Positions 1 to 7,746 of a DNA stretch of 64,000 nt are shown in pieces. Origin of the DNA: Treponema sp. (GTDB taxonomy: Bacteria; Spirochaetota; Spirochaetia; Treponematales; Breznakiellaceae). Every line of letters starts with the position of its first letter. The first letter of the stretch is position 1. The DNA is taken from positions 905 through 64,904 of the forward strand of contig JAIRWM010000058.1 of assembly GCA_031268975.1 (NCBI GenBank). Reading direction: 5' to 3'. A program made the translations under genes and the position numbers. Under the pieces are notes generated by a model. The model did no database searches, was not told the DNA's origin, and was given only the letters and a program-made list of their open reading frames with translations.

Positions 1-61
1 TAACCGCCAGGATCACAAGCGGCAAGAGCAGGATAATCCATCCATGTTTCAGTTTCATCAT
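1..61 (-). CDS. partial CDS (N-terminus only) of a membrane or secreted protein; the gene runs off the left edge
   Basis: On the minus strand, AGGAG (66-70) is followed by ATGATGATG (56-64). The translation MMKLKHGWIILLLPLVILAV... is a hydrophobic signal/TM segment. It is too short to name. Confidence 0.35.
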   Translation of the reverse strand, partial: MMKLKHGWIILLLPLVILAV

Positions 62-143
62 CATTCTCCTTATGGTAAATATCACAAGGTCCCCCTACAG
101 ATAAAACGTGTAGAGGATCCTTTTGTCGTTTCTGATGTCCCGG

Positions 144-1760
144 CTATGCCGGGGTAAAACGCAGTTCCGCCAGAGTGGACGCCTCCAGCCTGGCTCTGCA
201 CTTTTCGGCGGCCGCCGTCATGTTACAGCCGCAGTTTGGTCCGGACAAACAATCACCGGTAGCGGTTTTATGGGTTTTTTCAATAACGCCAAGCATCTGG
301 TGATACGGGATGATGGGGTCTATCCCGGCAATGGCCAGATCCGCATACAGGGGTGCGGTAACTGCCGCCCTGACGGTCCGGGTAATGCAGGGGAATTCCA
401 GCCCTCCGGATATGGGATCGCAGGGTATGCCAATATTGGCCTGGAGCGCCATGGACGCAGCGTTTTCAACCACCCTGCCGTCGCCGCCGCAAAGCCAGGC
501 CGCGGCCCCGGAAGCCATTGCGCAGCAGACGCCGCTTTCCCCAACGCAGCCAACTTCTCCGCTTGCGTTTGTGTGGGTAAACGCCAGCGCGCCCAGACCC
601 GCGGCGACTGCCAGGGACTCGACAAGCCGTTCATGGGAATATCCGTATTGTTCCCGTATCGCGTCCAGGGCCGAAAAAAGATACCCGCCACCGGTACCCA
701 TGGGGCCGGGCACTATCTTTACCCCCGGAATCTTCGCGTTGGTGGAAAGAGCGTGGCGGATGATATGACTTGTCAGACTGTCGCTGATGACGCGGCCTTT
801 TTGCGCATAACGGTCCCAGTATCTGCCGTATATCGGAAGAAGGTCTGTGTCCTTTGCATCTTCGTAGCCTATTTTTTCCAGGGAATGAATTTGATTATCC
901 AAAATGGAAGCAATATGTTCAAAAAAGTCCCATATTTCCCGCTCTGTCCATCCGGAGGAATTTTTTTCGTACGCTATGGCCGCATCGGCAAAGCTGATAC
1001 CCCGTTCATCCGCAGTCTGCCGCCATTCCTCCACTGTTGTAAAAAGCTGCGGCTGCTTATCCCTTCTGGTAACAACGGAGAGAAGGGCAGGCAGACGGTA
1101 CACGCGAAGACCCGGCGCACTGGCGGCAAGCGCGTCCAGCTCATTAAAGGGCATGTTTGAGGAAAACTCAAAACCATAACCGGCCTGCCCCCGGGGAGAA
1201 ACAGAAGACGAAAAACGCACAAAAGAAGAATCCCCGGAGGAAGAAAGTGATGCCGCCAGATTCTCCATATCCCGGAGAGAGAGACGGCCTTCTCTGTCTT
1301 CCAGAAACACCAGGTGGGTATCGGCCCGCCATGACAGCGCTATGCCGTTTATGCCGGAAACCAGGATCATGCCACCCCCGACAGATGAGGCGTTCATGGT
1401 ATACACCGTCCCCGCTGAATCTTCAACAACGATACGCTCTTCCGGGGTGCCGGTGTAATCGAACTCATAGGCTATTCCCTGCTGCCGCGCCAGAGCGTGC
1501 GCGTTAAAAAGCCGTTCATCATCCGGCAAAAAACCCTGAATCCCGCCCAAATATCCCCTATCGGACATAAAATTGACCAAAAACGCCAGGGGATGGGAAT
1601 TCCGATCAAACAGGAAACGTACCTTTTTGACATCGCCCCCGGCCAAAGCCCTGGCGGCGTTTCCAATGCGGGCCGGTCCGGCAAATCCACCTGCTGAACC
1701 GGGCTGCATGACGGGGCCGAAAACATCGTTGAAAAAATCGGGATACAGTGACACCGGCAT
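144..1760 (-). CDS. sdaA: iron-sulfur-dependent L-serine dehydratase-like protein, fused beta+alpha chain
   Basis: 538-aa ORF. The N-terminal FGPVMQPGSAGG resembles the IGPSSSHTVGP start of Fe-S serine dehydratases. The C-terminal half carries GEVGCVGESGVCCAMAS and PCDPISGGLEFPC, which are cluster and active-site motifs of the alpha domain. Confidence 0.75.
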   Translation of the reverse strand: MPVSLYPDFFNDVFGPVMQPGSAGGFAGPARIGNAARALAGGDVKKVRFLFDRNSHPLAFLVNFMSDRGYLGGIQGFLPDDERLFNAHALARQQGIAYEFDYTGTPEERIVVEDSAGTVYTMNASSVGGGMILVSGINGIALSWRADTHLVFLEDREGRLSLRDMENLAASLSSSGDSSFVRFSSSVSPRGQAGYGFEFSSNMPFNELDALAASAPGLRVYRLPALLSVVTRRDKQPQLFTTVEEWRQTADERGISFADAAIAYEKNSSGWTEREIWDFFEHIASILDNQIHSLEKIGYEDAKDTDLLPIYGRYWDRYAQKGRVISDSLTSHIIRHALSTNAKIPGVKIVPGPMGTGGGYLFSALDAIREQYGYSHERLVESLAVAAGLGALAFTHTNASGEVGCVGESGVCCAMASGAAAWLCGGDGRVVENAASMALQANIGIPCDPISGGLEFPCITRTVRAAVTAPLYADLAIAGIDPIIPYHQMLGVIEKTHKTATGDCLSGPNCGCNMTAAAEKCRARLEASTLAELRFTPA

Positions 1761-1777
1761 GACTTCTCCTTTTTCCC

Positions 1778-3148
1778 CTACTGGGTCTGGGTGGTGGACG
1801 CGATATTTCCCCTGCGGAAAATGCCGTCGTAAATATCTTCCATAAGCCGCAGTCCGCCATTGTACCCCGCATAGCTCCGGTTAATGATCACGCTGTTATT
1901 CACGGGGAGGCTTACATGAAGGGACAGGTTGCCGTTTTCCGCGGCAAGCTTGTCCTCCCAGCTGCTTCCCAGAATGATCGCCTTGTTGGAGCTTCCAAGC
2001 TTTTTCCGTATGTCTTTCTGGATAATGCCGCCGTCTGTCAAAAATAAAACCGTCTCGTTAAAATCGGAGGTCATATCGGTAAAAACCTTTTCTATGGCGC
2101 CGTATTTCCGGGGCGGAGGATCGTCGGTAATGTATATTCCTTTGGGGACAAAACCCATTTCATTAACCAAATAGCCGCCGAATCCGGCCGCGTAGGAACT
2201 GTCGGCAATGATGTATAACTCAAAGGGAATGTTGTTCCGGAAGTCCGCGAGAAAATCCGCAAGTGAAACAAAGTACGCGTAAAATCTTTTTTCTTCCTTG
2301 CGTATAACAGTCTCTACCCTGTTCTGATCCAATCCGGCAAAGACGCCTATTTCCCGCAGAACCCGGCTTGTCGCCTCGGCGCCGGAGGGCAGGTAGGGGA
2401 TGTGCAGATAGGGCGTTCCGTATTTGCTTTTCAGCAGTTCCACGGTTTCAACGCCAACCCAGGAAGAAAGCGCCAGATTGAACTGCGCATGGGGAATGGC
2501 CTTCCATTCCTCCACTCCCGCAGATTCGTTTCCAAAGAGGATGTTGACCTCAAGACCGACAGCTTCCAGGAGCCGTTTGATTTCTTCAAGGTCACTCCGC
2601 CAGAACGGATTCTGGCAGGGCACTACGGAAAATACGTTGACCAAGCCCTTTTTGGGACGGGCGTCAATGTCGCCGACAAAGCCTTCGATAATGCCCTTGA
2701 TTACCAGTTCATGGCCCAGATAATTGTTTCCCCTGAACCCGGCGGTTTCCACACCCACAATGGGGCGGCCCTGGAGGGCAAAGGTCGAAGCAACCTGCGC
2801 AACATCATCCCCGACAATTCCTGAGGTACAGCCCGAAAGCACTACAAACAAATCCCCCTTAAGAACCTTAAAAGCGCCCTCAATAAAGCGGGACAGTTTT
2901 TCCTCCCCGCCGAACACCACATCCTGCTCATTTGTGTTCGTGCAGCTTACCGTCCCGCCGCCGCCGTATCCTTCGCCCTGGAACCCCGCCCCGTACGAAG
3001 TAAAGGCAAACGTCTTTCCAACGCAGCCGGGACCGGAATGTACTATGGGCAGCGCTCTGGGAATTGCCAGCACCGTCTGCTGAGCCGCCAGGGCGCAGGA
3101 AAAGCGGGGCTGTTCGATGTATGTGGTCTTGTCCCTGTAGTCGATCAT
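1778..3148 (-). CDS. nitrogenase component-1-type oxidoreductase, beta-like (NifK/NifN-like) subunit
   Basis: The start was moved to the internal ATG at 3148, giving a TAACATG junction with the upstream gene. The sequence reads MIDYRDKTTYIEQPRFSCALAA..HSGPGC..LSGCTSGIVGDD, with Cys at NifK P-cluster-type positions. Overall the family resemblance is to Oxidored_nitro proteins. Confidence 0.8.
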   Translation of the reverse strand: MIDYRDKTTYIEQPRFSCALAAQQTVLAIPRALPIVHSGPGCVGKTFAFTSYGAGFQGEGYGGGGTVSCTNTNEQDVVFGGEEKLSRFIEGAFKVLKGDLFVVLSGCTSGIVGDDVAQVASTFALQGRPIVGVETAGFRGNNYLGHELVIKGIIEGFVGDIDARPKKGLVNVFSVVPCQNPFWRSDLEEIKRLLEAVGLEVNILFGNESAGVEEWKAIPHAQFNLALSSWVGVETVELLKSKYGTPYLHIPYLPSGAEATSRVLREIGVFAGLDQNRVETVIRKEEKRFYAYFVSLADFLADFRNNIPFELYIIADSSYAAGFGGYLVNEMGFVPKGIYITDDPPPRKYGAIEKVFTDMTSDFNETVLFLTDGGIIQKDIRKKLGSSNKAIILGSSWEDKLAAENGNLSLHVSLPVNNSVIINRSYAGYNGGLRLMEDIYDGIFRRGNIASTTQTQ

Positions 3149-3149
3149 G

Positions 3150-4652
3150 TTACAGTTCCCCGTCGTCAGTGTCGGCAGCGCTGTCACCACCGGTGTTTTT
3201 TTCGAAGAAAAACGGATCAGCCTGTTCCAGCCACCAGGTCGTATAGGGGCTTTCACAGTGGCGGGAGATATTCTCAAAAAGTTTTTTGGTCTTGAGTGCG
3301 TCAAGAAGCCGCTTCCCCAGCCGCACCAGGCCATCGTAGCCTGCGCTGATATTCACATCTCCGTCGTTCATTGTGGGGATTCCAAGCTTTGCCCCGGTAA
3401 TTGTCATGTTCATGTGCCGTACAATAAGAATATCCGGCCTGGCATCCTTGAGTAGCTTGAAAACCTGATACGGCTGTTTATTACACACCGAATAATTCCC
3501 TATCTCTCCCTTGGAGGCCACAAGGTTCCCCAGGCTGTCCAGGCTTTCCGTTCCGCCGTCGGTGGTCTGGTCGTGGTGCAGGGTTGTGATTCCCACCAGA
3601 TCAAGCCCCAGATCAAGGAGCATGTTGGCGATGCTGTGCGCATAAGAATCTCCCGCGAAAATATAAATTCGCTTTCCCTTTAATTGTTCCCTGACCTGCG
3701 TCAGCTCTTCATTCACCCGTTCATGTTCAGACTGAATAAGATCTTCAACAATCTCTTCCCGGCCGGTCAGCCGGGCGACTTCCCTGAGCCAGTTGTCGGT
3801 CCACTGCACGCCGAAAGGCGGCGGAGACTTGACTTCGGGAACTCCGTACTCCTGTTCAAGCGCCGCCGCGGGATACATTGCCAGCGTTTCACAGATATGG
3901 GTAGTACAGGCCGCCTCGGAAAGCTTTTCCAGGGTCTCCACATCCGCAAGCGGAACAACATAGTTTGCCCTGAGCCCCAGCTTTCCCAAGAGAGGGCCGA
4001 ATGTATCACTCCCCTCAAAATTGAATACATTGACAAGATCCGGTTGTTTTTTTACGGGAGCTTTCACAATCCGGGTAAGAATGCCGTGAAAGGCGGCGTC
4101 AAAACCCGATGACCATATTCTCGACTTGAACCCTTCGCAAAATACCGGGACAACCGGAATGCCCAATTCTTCCTGGAGTTCGTCGGCAACGCTTTCAATG
4201 TCATCTCCGACTATACCCGCGGCACAGGAAGAAAGCACAAATATCGCTGAAGGATCAAACCGTCGCTTTGCCTCATAAATCGTCGCCCGCAGTTTTTCCA
4301 GCCCGCCGTACACGGTGTCCTTTTCCTGAATATTTGTACTAAGCACGTGTACTTCCTGCGGTGGAAGACCCCTTGCCCTGGCAGATACATCCACGGTTAA
4401 ACTGGCCGCGCCGGCCCCGCTGCTGCATCCGATGGGCGCGTGATCTATTACCGCAGCGCCGCGTATAACATAGGTAAGAGTCTGCCCGCAGCCCTGGGAA
4501 CAGTCGCTGCACTGACCAAAGGAACGCTCTGTCAGAGTCAGCTGACGGTTCCGGGAGCGCTCACAGAGATCCTGACCGGTTCCATGGTAGGAAATAATCG
4601 ATTTAAGCCGCCGTTCCCTCACTTCGACTTCGGATAACTCAAGATTAACCAT
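3150..4652 (-). CDS. nitrogenase component-1-type oxidoreductase, alpha-like (NifD/NifE-like) subunit
   Basis: 500-aa ORF with a GGAGGG RBS. Motifs are CSDCSQGCGQ, HAPIGC, LSSCAAGIVGDDIE and THICETLAMY. These match NifD/NifE cluster-ligand contexts by eye. Confidence 0.8.
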   Translation of the reverse strand: MVNLELSEVEVRERRLKSIISYHGTGQDLCERSRNRQLTLTERSFGQCSDCSQGCGQTLTYVIRGAAVIDHAPIGCSSGAGAASLTVDVSARARGLPPQEVHVLSTNIQEKDTVYGGLEKLRATIYEAKRRFDPSAIFVLSSCAAGIVGDDIESVADELQEELGIPVVPVFCEGFKSRIWSSGFDAAFHGILTRIVKAPVKKQPDLVNVFNFEGSDTFGPLLGKLGLRANYVVPLADVETLEKLSEAACTTHICETLAMYPAAALEQEYGVPEVKSPPPFGVQWTDNWLREVARLTGREEIVEDLIQSEHERVNEELTQVREQLKGKRIYIFAGDSYAHSIANMLLDLGLDLVGITTLHHDQTTDGGTESLDSLGNLVASKGEIGNYSVCNKQPYQVFKLLKDARPDILIVRHMNMTITGAKLGIPTMNDGDVNISAGYDGLVRLGKRLLDALKTKKLFENISRHCESPYTTWWLEQADPFFFEKNTGGDSAADTDDGEL

Positions 4653-4672
4653 TCAATCCCTCCAATTGCCAT

Positions 4673-4740
4673 GGCTGTCCAGGAAGTTGGTGCGCAAACT
4701 TGCGTTTACGACCTCCCGGCCAGCCCTTGCTTTCATTCAA
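4673..4740 (-). promoter_or_regulatory. conserved extended hairpin in the 5' leader of the nitrogenase-like operon (copy 1 of 2)
   Basis: The minus-strand RNA is GCAAGGGCUGGCCGGGAGGUCGUAAACGCAAGUUUGCGCACCAACUUCCUGGACAGCC. It forms three stacked stems with a GCAA loop. A second copy at 30387-30454 is about 86% identical and its changes preserve pairing. Confidence 0.55.
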
Positions 4741-4817
4741 CGAACCGTTTCCGCAAATCATATCCCATCATGTTAAACAAAATCATATAATACATATATA
4801 ATTACTAGGATATATGA

Positions 4818-4846
4818 ACAATATCATAGTGTCAAAAAAGGGTCAA
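4818..4846 (-). promoter_or_regulatory. putative sigma70-type promoter (TTGACC-17-TATTGT) for the nitrogenase-like operon
   Basis: The hexamers were read on the minus strand in the AT-rich divergent region. Several alternative hexamer pairs exist nearby. Confidence 0.3.
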
Positions 4847-4920
4847 TATGATTTTCTCTGATCTTGCAATTATTCCCTATTTTTTATATAAAATTACTAT
4901 GAATTTTAAGGATATCGCGT

Positions 4921-6135
4921 ATGGACGAAAGTAATTTTGAAAAACTCGCCTCAATGGTGAAAGGCTTTACCGGCATCGAAAAAGACCGGGTTTCTCTTGG
5001 TTACCGGCCGGGTACCCAGCTTGTACGGGGATATTCGGGTATTGAAAGGGAAACCGGCGCAATCAGCGCGCCCATATACCTGAGCGTGCCGTATGTACAC
5101 CCTTCCTTTGACGAGTCGACCGGCTTCGGCTATGCCCGCTATGGCACTCCGACCAGGCTGGAACTGGAAAACACCATTGCCATGCTGGAACACGGATTAA
5201 AAGCCTGGGCCTTTTCCAGCGGCATGGCGGCAATTTCGATTCTGCTGAAACTTTTTGTCCCCGGGGATCATATCATTGTCTCCAACGATCTGTACGGAGG
5301 CACATACAGGCTCTTTACGACAATATACGGAAGATACGGCCTTGTTTTTACCTATGCGGATACAAGCAATCTTGAAGATGTCAAAAAGGAACTGCGCCGG
5401 GAAACAAAGGCTGTCTTTATTGAAACCCCTTCAAATCCCATGATGAACGTTACCGACATCAAGGCCGTGGCGGAACTGTGCAAAAACAACAACGCCCTGA
5501 CCATTGTGGACAACACCCTCCTGAGCCCGTATTTTCAGCGGCCCATTGATTTCGGCGCGGATATTGTGATACACAGCGGTACAAAATATCTGGGCGGCCA
5601 TAATGACATTATGTCGGGTTTTATCGTTATCGCCGACAAAACGTTGATTGAACCTTTTTTCACTTTTACCATGTCAGAGGGAGGAGTACTTCCCCCGTTT
5701 GACTGCTGGCTTACGCTGCGAAGCCTCAAGACACTCGGCCTGCGCATGGAAAAGCAGCAGGAAAACGCCCTGGGAATGGTTGACTTTCTCAAGAATCACA
5801 AAAAGGTGGAGAAGGTTTTCTATGTCGGGGACAGGGACCATCCCGGCCTTGAAATTTCCCGGCGGCAGACCAGCGGTTCAGGCGGCATGATTTCCTTTTA
5901 CCTGAAAGACAAAGAAGACGCCCGCGGCATTATCAACAAGCTTAAACTCATTCTTTTTGCGGAAAGCCTTGGCGGGACGGAAACCCTCCTCACTTATCCC
6001 GTCGTCCAGACCCACGGAGCAATCCCGGAGGAACTCCGCAGCATCGTCGGGGTAAACGAAAAACTTCTCCGCATATCTGCCGGTGTGGAGGATCCGGCGG
6101 ATCTGATCGAAGACCTGGATCAGGCTTTTACCTGA
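4921..6135 (+). CDS. Cys/Met-metabolism PLP-dependent enzyme (cystathionine gamma-synthase / beta-lyase / methionine gamma-lyase family)
   Basis: 404 aa. It has the SGTKYLGGHNDIMSG Schiff-base lysine motif and family-typical SNPMMNVTDI and ESLGGTETL segments. The RBS is AAGGA. Confidence 0.85.
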   Translation: MDESNFEKLASMVKGFTGIEKDRVSLGYRPGTQLVRGYSGIERETGAISAPIYLSVPYVHPSFDESTGFGYARYGTPTRLELENTIAMLEHGLKAWAFSSGMAAISILLKLFVPGDHIIVSNDLYGGTYRLFTTIYGRYGLVFTYADTSNLEDVKKELRRETKAVFIETPSNPMMNVTDIKAVAELCKNNNALTIVDNTLLSPYFQRPIDFGADIVIHSGTKYLGGHNDIMSGFIVIADKTLIEPFFTFTMSEGGVLPPFDCWLTLRSLKTLGLRMEKQQENALGMVDFLKNHKKVEKVFYVGDRDHPGLEISRRQTSGSGGMISFYLKDKEDARGIINKLKLILFAESLGGTETLLTYPVVQTHGAIPEELRSIVGVNEKLLRISAGVEDPADLIEDLDQAFT

Positions 6136-7396
6136 TTGCCGCAGCAGCTTCCTTTACCGCGTCGGTTACATAGTTGTAGGTCATAAAAACCCGTATACCC
6201 CGTTCAGCAAGCATCTCCCGTGGCGCTTCACCGATCCTCATGACGATTACCCCGGCACAGTCCCCTATGATTCCCGCAATGCCCCCAAAAAGCGCCTCGT
6301 GATCGCGGCATTCTGCGGGGCCAAAACAATATTGCGGGATATCCCGGCGCTCAAGCAGACTTACCCTGCCATCCTGATACTCGTATATATAGAAGCTGTG
6401 TGCATGCCCAAAGTGTTGATCCACCACATAGCCCCTGTTTGAAGCCACGGCAAACCGGAGCGCCTCCCCCTCCCCCGCGCCCGACGACTCCGCGGCAGAA
6501 CAGCCGGCAGCGGCCACGGAGGCTCTCTCTGAGGGGAAACCTTCGTCCAGGGTACGGGAAATGTCCTGATCCAGAGCGCCGACCGCATCGGCCCGGCACT
6601 GCCGGCAGTGATACATTTGAGGCAGAATCGCTTCGCACTTTCTCCGCGTCGCCATGATTTCCGCATTGCTGATCAGGGGAAGGTGCTCAAGCAGACTCCC
6701 CTTAACCGGAATAAGCTGCATAATATTGGAAAGATCCGCTCCCTTTTCCCGCGCCGCTTCCACAATTTTCGGGATGTGTCTGTCATTCAAACCCATAAGC
6801 ATGACAATGTTGATCTTGATAACCATGCCCAAAGCCTGCGCCCGGTCTATCCCTTCAAGCTGGCGCTCAAGCAGTATCTTCGCTCCCTCAAGACCGGTGT
6901 AGCGCCGTCCCTGAAAATGAACATAACGGTAAATCCGCCTCCCGATAGCCGGGTCCACGGCGTTTAGCGTTACCGTAACATGCGAGACCCCCAGGGCGGC
7001 AAGTTCATCCGCATACAGCGGCAGCAGCAGCCCGTTGGTGGAAATACAAAACGTCGCATCCGGTTCAGAGTCCCGAATCAGGGAAATGGTACCCCTGACC
7101 GCCGCAAAATTCGCCAAAGCGTCGCCCGGCCCGGCAATCCCTACTACATCGGGCTTTCCAATCCGTTCTTTTACCAAAAGATACCGGGCAAGAGCTTCTT
7201 CGGGACTGAGAATAGCCGTACTTACGCCGGGACGGCTTTCATTGGGACAGTCAAATTTGCGGACACAATAGTTGCACTGAATATTACAGCCCGGCGCCAC
7301 CGGAAGATGAATTCGGGTAAGTTTTCCTCCGCAGCCGGAAAAACAGGGGTGACGAATTGATTTAAGCAGGTTGACAGCCTTGACAGTATCCGGCAT
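6128..7396 (-). CDS. nifB: NifB-type radical SAM cofactor maturase with a C-terminal NifX/NafY-like domain
   Basis: It carries a CNIQCNYC (CX3CX2C) motif and GIAGPGDAL. The C-terminal ~100 aa (FAVASNRGYVVDQHFGHA...) looks like the dinitrogenase-cofactor-binding domain. The RBS is AGGAG. Its 3' end overlaps the convergent PLP gene by 8 bp. Confidence 0.85.
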   Translation of the reverse strand: MPDTVKAVNLLKSIRHPCFSGCGGKLTRIHLPVAPGCNIQCNYCVRKFDCPNESRPGVSTAILSPEEALARYLLVKERIGKPDVVGIAGPGDALANFAAVRGTISLIRDSEPDATFCISTNGLLLPLYADELAALGVSHVTVTLNAVDPAIGRRIYRYVHFQGRRYTGLEGAKILLERQLEGIDRAQALGMVIKINIVMLMGLNDRHIPKIVEAAREKGADLSNIMQLIPVKGSLLEHLPLISNAEIMATRRKCEAILPQMYHCRQCRADAVGALDQDISRTLDEGFPSERASVAAAGCSAAESSGAGEGEALRFAVASNRGYVVDQHFGHAHSFYIYEYQDGRVSLLERRDIPQYCFGPAECRDHEALFGGIAGIIGDCAGVIVMRIGEAPREMLAERGIRVFMTYNYVTDAVKEAAAAIR

Positions 7397-7422
7397 TATA
7401 ATACTCCTATAAATTGATAGGA

Positions 7423-7451
7423 ATACTATGTTTTAATCAAGATTTTGTCAA
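7423..7451 (-). promoter_or_regulatory. sigma70-type promoter TTGACA-17-TAGTAT upstream of nifB
   Basis: Canonical hexamers with 17-nt spacing lie about 25 nt upstream of the nifB RBS. Confidence 0.5.
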
Positions 7452-7458
7452 CACCACA

Positions 7459-7566
7459 CGTTGCATTGTCCATGAGGTTCGGTCTGTAGGGAAATTATGT
7501 AACTGTGGAGGTTTGTTACCATGCTGTCTAAATATAACATTTTTGAACCGCCCCGAGGGGTGGGGT
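7459..7566 (+). repeat. 108-nt dispersed element, copy A (inverted partner at 35668-35774)
   Basis: Hand alignment shows about 90% identity to the reverse complement of 35668-35774. It ends in the GC hairpin CCGCCCCGAGGGGYGG. It contains GGAGG followed by an ATG that opens a 48-aa ORF (7521-7667). Confidence 0.7.
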
Positions 7567-7746
7567 GGAGTGAGATGGAAGCGATTGTCGTTTCCGAATG
7601 GAACGGGAAAAGCCGTTTACAGAAACAGCCGGATAACGGACAAACCGGTCGCCGGGGGGAATATTAAGCTTCTTGCGGAATATCGCGTCCGCGAAAACGA
7701 ATTGACCTTTTGCGAATAACAGGAATACTGTTCAAGAGAGGCTCTT

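Noticed and set aside
3149-3334. 62-aa N-terminal extension of the NifK-like ORF
   Set aside because: It overlaps the end of the alpha-like gene in another frame. The internal ATG at 3148 gives a canonical TAACATG coupling and a family-typical N-terminus.
4673-4740. Leader hairpin as a SAM-I / SAM-IV riboswitch
   Set aside because: The strings GGGCUGGCC and GCNCCAAYUUCCUG resemble SAM-I core segments (GGGACUGGCCC, GGUGCCAAUUCCUGC). However, both copies fold as one continuous hairpin. I find no P1/P2/P4 partners upstream, and the SAM-I-like P3 pairing is not kept in copy 2. A covariance-model search is needed, so I do not claim a known class.
4700-4740. Sigma54 (-24/-12) promoter inside the hairpin (TGGCC-N-..GCA)
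   Set aside because: Copy 2 fits GG-N10-GC loosely, but copy 1 has GT at the -12 position. No NifA-type UAS or EBP gene was seen.
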